Source: an uncultured Candidatus Bathyarchaeia archaeon
GTDB lineage: Archaea > Thermoproteota > Bathyarchaeia > Bathyarchaeales > Bathyarchaeaceae
Reading direction: 5' to 3'
DNA: 64,000 bases
NCBI GenBank assembly: GCA_964347995.1
Contig: CAYGBA010000001.1
Location: 2,244 to 66,243 of the forward strand
The first letter of the stretch is position 1. The number at the start of each line of letters is the position of its first letter. The notes below the pieces were generated by a model. It was not told the origin of the DNA. It ran no database searches and saw nothing but the letters and a program-made list of their open reading frames with translations. Positions 35,432-44,484 of this stretch are shown here, in pieces. Made by a program: the position numbers and the translations under genes.

Positions 35432-36451
35432 TTACAATGGTAGAAAGGGTAGTACCGCAAAGCAAATTTGGATTAATATCAGAATTATTGTAACTTGTTT
35501 CTCGGTCATTGGCCTTAAGTTCATCAGAATATGAGTCCAACTATACACTTTTTTCCCATAGGGCGGATCAAGTTTCCCATCTTTTCTCAATTTTCCTAGA
35601 CAACTCGCATTGAATTTGGACCTCAGTTTCAGAAAGAACTCGATAATGAAGGGTAGCATTACGAGAATTCCGCTTCTTTCCGTGTTTCCAACAATTACTC
35701 CAGCAGCTATCATTGATCCAAGCAGATAAGTTAGGGAATCTCCAGGCAGAATTTTCGCAGGATACCAGTTAAACTTAATGAAACCAACCAGAGCGGCGAG
35801 GGTTACGAGAAATATAACTGAGCCGATTCTTTCACATACCAAAGCGAAGACTCCCAAACCAAGGAAATAAGCAATTCCCATTCCTGCTTCCAATCCGTTG
35901 AATCCCGCAAGCATATTGACAACATTAGATGCCCCCACCATTCCAAGCGGCACCAACACAAGAGGATAAAGAATCCCAAAGTCAACGCGTCCTATGAATG
36001 GAATCGACATGTGCGTTACTCCGGCGCTAATCGCCATCAAGGGTACCGCCGCTGGCAAGGTAAGTAGGGGCTTAAGCCACTGTGGAAAACCAACTCTAAT
36101 ATCAGAACCTTCCTTGGTCTTCACTCTTCTTGATTTGACATTTAAGTCATCCAGCAGACCCACAAACATGACAATAAGAACGGATGAGGTTACCGCCAAG
36201 AGCGGTTTCAAATCCCCCTCGGAACCGGAGAGAAATGTCTGCAAACCTATGTAGCTTAACAATCCAGCTAAGACACCGAAAGCAACACAGATTCCGCCTG
36301 AGCTTGCCAACTTCGGTTTTTCCCTCTTATGCAAATCCAAGCCTACTATCCCAGCGACGTACAGGAATCGCGTGAAGTAAGGAGTAATAAAGAGGGTTAC
36401 AATGAAGGATATCAGAACAGAGATGAGTAATATCATCATCAGGCGCACCAA
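35432..36451 (-). CDS. aglH: UDP-GlcNAc:dolichyl-phosphate GlcNAc-1-phosphotransferase (AglH; Alg7/MraY/WecA family)
   Basis: Polytopic membrane protein with LLDDLN, NVVNMLAGFNGLEAGMG and PAKILPGDSLTY motifs of the polyprenyl-phosphate HexNAc-1-P transferase family. Confidence 0.8.
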   Translation of the reverse strand: MVRLMMILLISVLISFIVTLFITPYFTRFLYVAGIVGLDLHKREKPKLASSGGICVAFGVLAGLLSYIGLQTFLSGSEGDLKPLLAVTSSVLIVMFVGLLDDLNVKSRRVKTKEGSDIRVGFPQWLKPLLTLPAAVPLMAISAGVTHMSIPFIGRVDFGILYPLVLVPLGMVGASNVVNMLAGFNGLEAGMGIAYFLGLGVFALVCERIGSVIFLVTLAALVGFIKFNWYPAKILPGDSLTYLLGSMIAAGVIVGNTERSGILVMLPFIIEFFLKLRSKFNASCLGKLRKDGKLDPPYGKKVYSWTHILMNLRPMTEKQVTIILILIQICFAVLPFLPL

Positions 36452-36625
36452 ACACTTCGCTTTAGATTTGACCGATCAGACATTAGGGTTATGATTGAAG
36501 AATTTAAAAATATTATTCCAGATAGCCTGATGTTCAACAAGCTGTTGAATACTTTGACAAAATGCGTTTATGGAGGGATGCTCTTCGTGAAACGCGACCA
36601 AGGGCTAACCGTAAGAGAAATATAA

Positions 36626-38806
36626 ATGGTTAACCGAAATGGGTCGAAGAGAAGATTGTTAAGAATGAAGATCAGAAAATTGTTTAGCAGGGAGAAAGTC
36701 TTTGATACTTTGAAAAGGGCTACGGCTGTTCGCTTTAGAATTTCGCATTCCTCGCTTCTGCAGCTTTCCCTACTTTTCCTCATTCTTTTGTTGGCTTTGA
36801 CAGTTAGGATGCTTCCCATCCGGTGGGGTCTTTACCTCTCAGAATTCGATCCCTATTTCCAATTTCGCGTGACAAAACATGCAGTTGAAAACGGACTCCA
36901 CAACTGGGCTACCGGATGGTCAAATATAGATCCCTCACGAGACCTAATGAGTTGGTATCCTTATGGTCGGAAAATCTCGACTGCTTATCCAGGGATACCA
37001 CTTACCGCAGCATTCTCATATTTAGTAGCCCATGCACTGGGCTTGCCTCTAAACGTGTTTGAGTTTTGCGTCGTCTTCCCCGCCATAATGGGAACGTTAA
37101 CATGCCTAGCCATATATTTCCTAGGAAAAGATATGGGCGGCAAACACGTAGGCATCCTTTCCGCACTTTTCCTAGCGCTGAGTTCAGCCCACATCAGCCG
37201 AACATCCCTTGGATTTTTCGACGACGAAACCGTGGGAATATTTGGTCTATTACTCTTTTTCTTCTTCTTCCTCAGATCCATCGAAAGTGAAAGACCAGTA
37301 AGAAACTGTGTGGGCTATGCGGTTGCTGCGGGGCTTTCGCTAGGATGGATTTTTGCCTCGTGGGGTGCTTCAAGATACGTAGTTGATATGGCGGCCCTTT
37401 TCGTTTTTGTTCTGCTCTTGCTAAAGAGATATTCCTCTCGGTTGCTTTTCTCTTACAGCACAGGACTGGGCATAGCTCTTTTCATCGCTGTCAATGTCCC
37501 AAAATTAGGATTCCGATTCTTGACAGGAACCGAAATCTTGTCAGCAGCTGCGGTATTTCTATTATTGTCCATGTATGAGATTACCCGCCATATCAAAACC
37601 GTCAGGAATAAGGCCGTTTTCATTTCACTCTTTCTAGGACTTTGCGCGGGTCTATTCCTTATGCTTTCTTCATTTGGATATGTCGCGCCCTTGGCAGGAA
37701 AATTCGTATCTGTCATAAATCCGCTCGAACGCCTCGCTAACCCCCTCAGACAGTCTGTCCAAGAACACAGACCCGCCGCTTGGGGATCCTTCTACTACGA
37801 TTTTGGGATAGGCGCCTTCTTTGTGCCTGTCGGCTTGTTCTTTGCTGTGCGAAATCCTTCAAACCGGAATATCTTCTTGACAGTCTTTGGCTTGACGGCA
37901 ATCTACTTTGCAGGTTCCATGGTGCGTTTAACCCTAATTCTGGCACCAGCTATCAGCCTCCTCTGGGCGTTGGCTCTAGTCCGATTGATCAAACCCTTCA
38001 CCACTGTCATGAAGGCAGCCCCCATAATTCCACGGAGAGGGGCAGGCCTTGCGGCTCATGTAGGGAAGGAATTCAGCGGCGCCTTCTTAATAGTGATGTT
38101 CCTCTTGCTCACACTCACTTTCGTCTTACCCACTCAAAGAGTATTTAACCATGCGTATTCCCCCACGACAATTGCAGCGGCAAGTATGCCGGTAAAGCCT
38201 GGTGAGACGGTCAACGACTGGATTGACACTTTGGAGTGGATACGAACAAACGAAAGCGTCGAGGTGGTGGCTAGCTGGTGGGACTACGGATACTGGATTA
38301 CAAACCTCGGCAATAAGACGTCACTTGCGGATAACGGCACATGGAACAAAACCCAAATAGCACAGATTGGCCTAATGTTCATGTCAAATGAAACTGCGGC
38401 GGTCAAAATCCTCCAAAAATACCACGCAACTCATGTCCTGGTCTTTGTAACGTGCGATGGTCAAGGCAGAGATGTGGGGTGGGGCGATGAGGGTAAATGG
38501 ATGTGGATGGCGCGCATTGCGGACTCGGTCTTCGGCGGTTTCGAATATGATGAAGAGAATCATCTAATAGTTGGCTATCAAGAATTAGTAACAGATGAAC
38601 AAGGACAAACCGCTAGGGTATGGACAGAAAAGGGCAAGCAGACAGTTATATACAAGTTGATGGCGTATGCAAAAGATAAGAGGACGGGCTCCTCACATTT
38701 GACTTATCCTTTGACACACTTCGAAGAAGCATATATTTCTGAAGGAAAAGACTATGGAGGAGTGATACCGCTCGTATGCGTATATAGAATCAATTATACA
38801 ACGTAG
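36626..38806 (+). CDS. aglB: Oligosaccharyltransferase AglB (STT3 homolog)
   Basis: WWDYGYWIT (WWDYG motif), an N-terminal polytopic domain with EFDPYFQFR (DxD-like first loop), and a soluble C-terminal domain. The start is uncertain (36626 or M at 36668). Confidence 0.9.
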   Translation: MVNRNGSKRRLLRMKIRKLFSREKVFDTLKRATAVRFRISHSSLLQLSLLFLILLLALTVRMLPIRWGLYLSEFDPYFQFRVTKHAVENGLHNWATGWSNIDPSRDLMSWYPYGRKISTAYPGIPLTAAFSYLVAHALGLPLNVFEFCVVFPAIMGTLTCLAIYFLGKDMGGKHVGILSALFLALSSAHISRTSLGFFDDETVGIFGLLLFFFFFLRSIESERPVRNCVGYAVAAGLSLGWIFASWGASRYVVDMAALFVFVLLLLKRYSSRLLFSYSTGLGIALFIAVNVPKLGFRFLTGTEILSAAAVFLLLSMYEITRHIKTVRNKAVFISLFLGLCAGLFLMLSSFGYVAPLAGKFVSVINPLERLANPLRQSVQEHRPAAWGSFYYDFGIGAFFVPVGLFFAVRNPSNRNIFLTVFGLTAIYFAGSMVRLTLILAPAISLLWALALVRLIKPFTTVMKAAPIIPRRGAGLAAHVGKEFSGAFLIVMFLLLTLTFVLPTQRVFNHAYSPTTIAAASMPVKPGETVNDWIDTLEWIRTNESVEVVASWWDYGYWITNLGNKTSLADNGTWNKTQIAQIGLMFMSNETAAVKILQKYHATHVLVFVTCDGQGRDVGWGDEGKWMWMARIADSVFGGFEYDEENHLIVGYQELVTDEQGQTARVWTEKGKQTVIYKLMAYAKDKRTGSSHLTYPLTHFEEAYISEGKDYGGVIPLVCVYRINYTT

Positions 38807-38887
38807 CTGGCCTTTCCTTGTTCTCATCTTAGTGCACGCATAGCCATTTAATGAGAAACTTTTAAATGTGGTCAACGATCTTCGAAC

Positions 38888-39073
38888 TTGAAGGTGGATA
38901 CATTGTCTGAAGAGAGGGTTCCTGGACTTGTTTACGAATGCGTGAGGTGTGGTGCAAAAGTGACAACTGATGAACTCAAATTGCGGGGTGGTGAGGTGAA
39001 GTGCACCGTCTGTGGCTATCGTGTTCTCAAGAAGATGAGGCCTCCAGTCGTTAAGCGTGTCTCAGCCAGATAG
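38888..39073 (+). CDS. rpoP: DNA-directed RNA polymerase subunit P (Rpo12/RPABC4)
   Basis: YECVRCGAKV...KCTVCGYRVLKKMRPPVVKRV is the zinc ribbon typical of RpoP. The start codon is uncertain (TTG 38888 or GTG 38894). Confidence 0.8.
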   Translation: MKVDTLSEERVPGLVYECVRCGAKVTTDELKLRGGEVKCTVCGYRVLKKMRPPVVKRVSAR

Positions 39074-39136
39074 TCATCATTCACAGCAATTCTATGCTTA
39101 ACTTGGTAGACTAAGCCCCCAGTGATTACTTCTCTG

Positions 39137-39493
39137 CTAGAAAATCTCTTCTTCGCCTATCTTTTTTACAATCTTGCCCCTCAACTTCACTGGTGGGCCT
39201 ATCTCCTCGGGTTCCTTTTCCGCTGTTTTTCGCTTCACAGTTTCTCCGCAGATGCCATTAGGCAGCAACCTTCTCTTCATACAGATCGCGTAGTTGCAAT
39301 TCGAAATGTTGCATTTCTCGTCTGTCCACGTACACCATACCTTATCTCCGCGGTGTACCGCAGCTTTCTTTGCACATCTGAAAAATTCACATCTTGGGAA
39401 ACAATGTTTTACTCCAGACAAAGTAGACACAACCTCTAGATTCAATACAAAAAGTCTCTCTTCTACTCTAGTCGTCAATTTATGCCTAGACAA
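39137..39493 (-). CDS. Cys-rich small protein (putative metal-binding), unknown function
   Basis: The 118-aa protein has 8 Cys in CFPRCEFFRC...WCTWTDEKCNISNCNYAIC...GIC. It has a basic C-terminal tail. Confidence 0.5.
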   Translation of the reverse strand: MSRHKLTTRVEERLFVLNLEVVSTLSGVKHCFPRCEFFRCAKKAAVHRGDKVWCTWTDEKCNISNCNYAICMKRRLLPNGICGETVKRKTAEKEPEEIGPPVKLRGKIVKKIGEEEIF

Positions 39494-39549
39494 AGAGTGT
39501 TATAAACTTTTTTCTTAAGATGCTTATTTCTAGTAATAATTCTTCAGAA

Positions 39550-41757
39550 CTATTTCGAACGCCTTCTATAAATTAGAATGAAAGCACAGAGGACGACTAC
39601 CATTGTCAATAAAACGCTAGTGATCAATTGATTCGACTCTAGGGGAAATCCTGCCACCATGATATAATCCTCGACTCGAAAGGTTATCTCTCCTGATGCC
39701 TCCAAATCCAGTGACTCAACTCGAGATAGCCTTCCAGCTACGTAAAGAGTGATTCGGTAATTGCCGCCTAGGATTCCGTGTGCGCGATTGATTCCGTCAG
39801 AGCCAGTTGTTAAGTTGAGTATTTTTGTTCCTTCAGTAGTTGAGTTAAGTACGACCTTAGCATTTGGAATGGGCTGTCCAAAGTAATCGATGGCCCTCAC
39901 GGATAGATCAAGGTTGACCCTCTTACAATTAAGCACAAGATAAAATTGGTTTCGGATCACATCCACGACTGTTTCGTTCAGAATGACTGTCTCTTCTAGA
40001 TTGTAGACTCTGACCTTGTATCTTCCAAAAGTGAAAGCAAGTCTGATGCTTCCCCACTGATCCGTCTTTCCCAGTCCAACAATTCTTCCGCTACTCCATT
40101 CGACAACCTCGACTGTAGCGTTCTGGATTGGATGTCTTTTGGAATCTGATGCGTGAACGAACAGAGTATAGGTGGGACACGTGATTCGGAATGGTTCGCT
40201 GAGATTCCCGATTGTCTTAGTTAGGTTCCCAATCGACTCGTTGAAAAACAAATGACCGTAACGCCGAGCCTCAATTCTATATAAAGTGTTCGTGAACGCG
40301 TTCGTAGATACGATCCCGGTATAGTCTGTCTGTAGCTGCAGAGTTTTCTTAGGAGCAGCGGTTACATTTGCGAGAGTTACGTCGATAAGCGGAAGAGGAC
40401 CATCCTTATCACTGACAATAATAGTCACACACGCAAGTTCACATTCTATGTGGAACTGAATCTGTAGAACGTAATCTGTGGCGCCTCCGGTGATATTTCT
40501 AAATCTGAGACTTCCAACTTCGACTTCTCTCCAATAGGCCCCAAATGAATAACTACCATGGTCAAGTAGGAAATCAACCCATCCAGTTCCGTTGGTTGTG
40601 CGGTTGTCAATGTAGAAGAACCCAAGAGCACCAAGATACGCCTTGATAGAGACGCCAGCCAGAGATTTATTATCGTATTGGTTCTGAGCTTGGCAGGAAA
40701 CAACGATTTCAACTATCGTGAAGTTGTGGGTGTCCTTCACTGGCTTTTCAATGCTAGCGCTTGTCACAGTTACCGAGTAGGTTGAAAGTGGTGCGTTTTC
40801 TGGGATCTCCCACTCATGACTGACTAGGCCGTTGGTGGCATTTTCTTCCTTAGGATACCCTTGAACTGGCACAAGAGATGTATTCTCATAGTAAGTCATG
40901 TTAATGGTGACGGACTCATTGTCGTATCCTGAACCCTGAATCAAAACCTCACTCGTTTCTTCTTCGCCCTCACTTAGGTATCTTCGAACATATTCTAGCT
41001 TGTTTGTTAAGCCAACGATGAAGTTCGCAGTTGCCAGAGTTTCATTGAATAAAATGTGGTACGTGCCCATGTAGTCTGTGTGGGCACCACCGCCAAAATC
41101 TGCAGGGTATCTTATCCTTGCCTCTCCATATCCCGTTGTGGTGGTGTTTGATAGTAAGACAGGAGACCAATACGTCGTGTTTGCTGGGTTTTTCACTGTG
41201 ATATTTGCAGTGTAAATTGTATTTCCTGCGCCTCCAGTTACATTCACCCATATATCCGTCTCTTGCCCTTCTTGTAGTTGGAATGGCGATTGGGGTACGA
41301 CTGCTTTTACGTGGTATTGCGTGTAGAGTCTGAATGAGGCGTTTGCTATACTGCCCGTTTTGTTGTCAATCAATTCTATGAGAACCTCGCGTCCTGAATC
41401 GGGCTCTCCCACTGTATGGGGAACTATGAACGATATGTAAACATCGTATTCCGTAGCGTTACCAATTGTTACATCGAGTCTTTCATCCCATCTTAGTATG
41501 TAAGTTCCATTTGCAGTGTCAATTGTTCCATTGACCCTCACTTCCGTTCCAACAGATCCACTTGAGGGATCAATCACAGCAATAGTCGTTGTCGGCGCGG
41601 CTATCACTCTCGGCACAAGCGGCGTGATGAGCATTATCGCAAAAATCAGGGCTATCAAAACCGGGGTAACCAATCCCTTTCTGAACGCATTCCTAGGCAC
41701 TTTATTCCCTCTCAAAGTTCTACCTGGCGGGTCTTCGTTTCCTGAAGATGTGAACAT
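39550..41757 (-). CDS. Large surface (S-layer-like) glycoprotein with N-terminal signal/TM and C-terminal TM anchor
   Basis: N-terminal TM LVTPVLIALIFAIMLITPLV and C-terminal TM LITSVLLTMVVVLCAFILIY followed by RRRSK. By my count there are about 27 N-x-S/T sequons. Repeated beta-rich modules resemble CarboxypepD_reg/Ig-like domains (GRYKVRVY, GNYRITLY). Confidence 0.7.
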   Translation of the reverse strand: MFTSSGNEDPPGRTLRGNKVPRNAFRKGLVTPVLIALIFAIMLITPLVPRVIAAPTTTIAVIDPSSGSVGTEVRVNGTIDTANGTYILRWDERLDVTIGNATEYDVYISFIVPHTVGEPDSGREVLIELIDNKTGSIANASFRLYTQYHVKAVVPQSPFQLQEGQETDIWVNVTGGAGNTIYTANITVKNPANTTYWSPVLLSNTTTTGYGEARIRYPADFGGGAHTDYMGTYHILFNETLATANFIVGLTNKLEYVRRYLSEGEEETSEVLIQGSGYDNESVTINMTYYENTSLVPVQGYPKEENATNGLVSHEWEIPENAPLSTYSVTVTSASIEKPVKDTHNFTIVEIVVSCQAQNQYDNKSLAGVSIKAYLGALGFFYIDNRTTNGTGWVDFLLDHGSYSFGAYWREVEVGSLRFRNITGGATDYVLQIQFHIECELACVTIIVSDKDGPLPLIDVTLANVTAAPKKTLQLQTDYTGIVSTNAFTNTLYRIEARRYGHLFFNESIGNLTKTIGNLSEPFRITCPTYTLFVHASDSKRHPIQNATVEVVEWSSGRIVGLGKTDQWGSIRLAFTFGRYKVRVYNLEETVILNETVVDVIRNQFYLVLNCKRVNLDLSVRAIDYFGQPIPNAKVVLNSTTEGTKILNLTTGSDGINRAHGILGGNYRITLYVAGRLSRVESLDLEASGEITFRVEDYIMVAGFPLESNQLITSVLLTMVVVLCAFILIYRRRSK

Positions 41758-41891
41758 TTCTTTACAACTGGCATTTTAAACTTTGTCTTTTCTGACTTCT
41801 TTCACGGGAGTGAGCGTGTAACAAAACGTGTTTTAGCGTCGCAACTGTAAAGTATCTCTTCAAATAACTTAGAAGCCAATGGTCTGGAGGC

Positions 41892-43076
41892 TTGACTATG
41901 ATTGATGAAATCTTGGATTTGACCAAAAAGCATGAACAGTGGCGCGAAAAAGAATGCATCAACCTCATTCCCTCAGAAAATGTGATGAGTCACGCGGTTC
42001 GTTCGCTACTCTCTTCTGAGCTTGGGCATCGGTACACCTCAAGAGACAAATTCTATATGGGAACCCGCCTCATCGATGAAATCGAACAGTTGGGAGAGGA
42101 GCTTGCAAAAGAAGTTTTCAAGGCTGATGCGGCTGACCTGCGTCCCCTGTCTGGCCACATAGCAGACATGATTTATCTCGGGAGTTTTGCAAACCCGAGT
42201 GACACGATACTTTGCGTTTCCCCTACGGATGGAGGATACCCAGGGATCTGGGAAGAAGGGGTATCGAAATATCTGAAACTTAGGACAATCGGGTTTCCCT
42301 TTTCTAAAGAGACGATGAACATAAAAGTGGATGAAGCCGCAGATCTGATCCTGAAAGAGAAGCCAAGCATAGTAATTTTTGGGGCGAGCTTGATTCTGTT
42401 TCCTCAGCCTGTGAAGGAGCTTGCTAGGGTGGCCCATGAAGTGGATGCTCATGTTGGATATGACGGCTCCCACGTTCTTGGCTTGATTGCTGGAGGAGAG
42501 TTTCAGAATCCTTTTCAGGAAGGCACCTCGGTTCTGTTGGGTTCCACACATAAGACTCTCTTTGGGCCTCAAGGCGGAATGATTCTCGCTGACAAAGAGC
42601 ACGGCGAAACAATTGAGAAACGAATTTTCCCGGCGTTTGTAGACAATGCGCATTGGAACCGAATAGCCGCTTTGTCGTTGGCATTGGCGGAGTTGAAGGA
42701 ATATGGAAGGGAATATGCTAGGCAGATTATTCGGAATGCACAAATCCTGGCTGGGGCACTAGCTGAATACGGCTTTCCTGTTGCTTGTCCTGGTCTTGGG
42801 TATACAAAATCTCACCAGGTTTTCCTTGACTATGGCGGCTACAAGGAAGGCCGAGTCATAGCCAAAAGAATGGAAGGCGCAAACATCATCGCTGATTGTG
42901 GAGTTAGACTGGGTGTTTGCGAGACAACTCGGAGAGGGATGAAAGCGGGTGAGATGGAGAAGATAGCAGAGTTCATAAAAAGACTGATTGTCGACAAAGA
43001 GGATTCAAGTCGAGTTAAGGAAGATGTCCTGAGGCTTGCAAAAGAATTTCAGGAAATCAAATATTGCTTCAAATAG
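41892..43076 (+). CDS. glyA: Serine hydroxymethyltransferase (GlyA)
   Basis: INLIPSENVMSHAVRSLLSSELGHRY and GSTHKTLFGPQGG (PLP-Lys THKT motif). Confidence 0.85.
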   Translation: MTMIDEILDLTKKHEQWREKECINLIPSENVMSHAVRSLLSSELGHRYTSRDKFYMGTRLIDEIEQLGEELAKEVFKADAADLRPLSGHIADMIYLGSFANPSDTILCVSPTDGGYPGIWEEGVSKYLKLRTIGFPFSKETMNIKVDEAADLILKEKPSIVIFGASLILFPQPVKELARVAHEVDAHVGYDGSHVLGLIAGGEFQNPFQEGTSVLLGSTHKTLFGPQGGMILADKEHGETIEKRIFPAFVDNAHWNRIAALSLALAELKEYGREYARQIIRNAQILAGALAEYGFPVACPGLGYTKSHQVFLDYGGYKEGRVIAKRMEGANIIADCGVRLGVCETTRRGMKAGEMEKIAEFIKRLIVDKEDSSRVKEDVLRLAKEFQEIKYCFK

Positions 43077-43118
43077 TCAGAATTCAAATACACTGTTGTG
43101 TGCGCCGGAGTTATGGCT

Positions 43119-44114
43119 TTATTTTTCGAAGTGCGGGGTTATGTTGTCACTTATGAGGTCAATTGACTTTCGGACATTGGGACCTATCGGTGAGCCGACT
43201 ACAAACTGTGAAATACCGGACTTGAGAAGCTCAGCAATGCGCTCTATGCACATGTCCGGAGTGCCGCAAACAGAGAAGGCTTCTATCATTCGGGAAGAAA
43301 CTAGACCAAAGGCTGCCCCCCATTTACCGGCTTTTAAGGCGTTGCTGATCTTCTCAGCCTTTTCTTCATCAATTCCGTGTCTCTGTAACACTACGTCTGG
43401 GCTGCCAGCCACAATATAGGCGACAACTGGAACTGCCGCCTGTGCGGCCTTCTCCATATTTTCATGTACCGAGAAAGATGTGTAGGCAGCGATGTCCACA
43501 TCAGTCAGCCTCTTTCCAGCTTGCTGGATTCCCTTCTTGACGCGATTAACCGCATAATCCACATCTTTGGGATGACCCGCGTTTATCAAGACTCCATCGC
43601 CAATCCTTCCGGCTAGTGCGAGCATTTTGGGACCTTGAGCACCGACGTAGATTGGGATCTCCGTTGCGGGCTTGAAGAAGAACTTTGCATTACTGGTTTT
43701 GAACACGTTGCCTTCGAAAGTAACGTTCTTCTCAATCATCATCCTTCTGACTATCTCTACACATTCTTTGACTGCTGTGAGGGGTTTATGCATCTCTAGA
43801 CCAGTGGACTTGAGCGTTGTTTTGTCCCCTGCGCCAATGCCTAAGATGACACGTCCAGTAGCTATCTCATTTAGTGATGCGACGGCTTGTGCGGTGACCG
43901 CTGGGTTGATCAGATATGGATTAGTCACTCCTGGACCAAGCTTGATTCTTTCCGTGTGGAGTGCTGCTGCGGTGAGGGTGACATAGACGTTGCGGTTGTT
44001 GAAGTGGTCTGTTATCCAGAGGTAGTCAAATCCCCGCTTCTCAGCCTGAATCGCATAGAATGTCGTCTTCCAATAAGGCTCACTTGGAACGAACTCGATC
44101 CCAAACCTAACCAT
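43119..44114 (-). CDS. mer: F420-dependent 5,10-methylene-tetrahydromethanopterin reductase (Mer)
   Basis: FGIEFVP, WITDHFNN, LGPGVTNPY, GIGAGDK, IPIYVGAQGPKML, DIAAYT, EAFSVCGTPD and VVGSPIGP all match the Mer sequence I recall block by block. I prefer the start at MVRFGIEF (44114). The ORF-track start at 44135 would overlap the upstream ORF by ATGA. Confidence 0.85.
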   Translation of the reverse strand: MVRFGIEFVPSEPYWKTTFYAIQAEKRGFDYLWITDHFNNRNVYVTLTAAALHTERIKLGPGVTNPYLINPAVTAQAVASLNEIATGRVILGIGAGDKTTLKSTGLEMHKPLTAVKECVEIVRRMMIEKNVTFEGNVFKTSNAKFFFKPATEIPIYVGAQGPKMLALAGRIGDGVLINAGHPKDVDYAVNRVKKGIQQAGKRLTDVDIAAYTSFSVHENMEKAAQAAVPVVAYIVAGSPDVVLQRHGIDEEKAEKISNALKAGKWGAAFGLVSSRMIEAFSVCGTPDMCIERIAELLKSGISQFVVGSPIGPNVRKSIDLISDNITPHFEK

Positions 44115-44131
44115 GCAGAAAATCTCCCTGA

Positions 44132-44437
44132 TCATTTTACAGCTCTAATAGCTTTTGCGACATCCAGTAATTGCAGCTTTTCCTCTAGGATGTTCATTGT
44201 TTTTTCAGATTCTAGGATGATCGCGGTCTCAAGGAGGGTGGTGAGGCCTCTCTCGTTTGCAAGTGGCCCCTGTTGCCATTGGTGAAGTAGCGTTCTTGCT
44301 AGACCATTCGGCATCTTGTCAGTGCTCTTCGATTTGAGGATGAGATCCATCAGTTTGGTGGAGAGCTTCTCTCGCTTTGTCAATGGGACCATTTCGACTA
44401 TTCTTCGATAATCCATATCAATCGCCTTTCTTAACAT
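44132..44437 (-). CDS. Small helical hypothetical protein (101 aa) immediately upstream of mer
   Basis: The ORF abuts or overlaps the mer start. No motif was recognised. Confidence 0.4.
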   Translation of the reverse strand: MLRKAIDMDYRRIVEMVPLTKREKLSTKLMDLILKSKSTDKMPNGLARTLLHQWQQGPLANERGLTTLLETAIILESEKTMNILEEKLQLLDVAKAIRAVK

Positions 44438-44484
44438 GACGAAATTGTGGAGCTTTTATTAATGTAGGCACGTTTTTATGTCTT

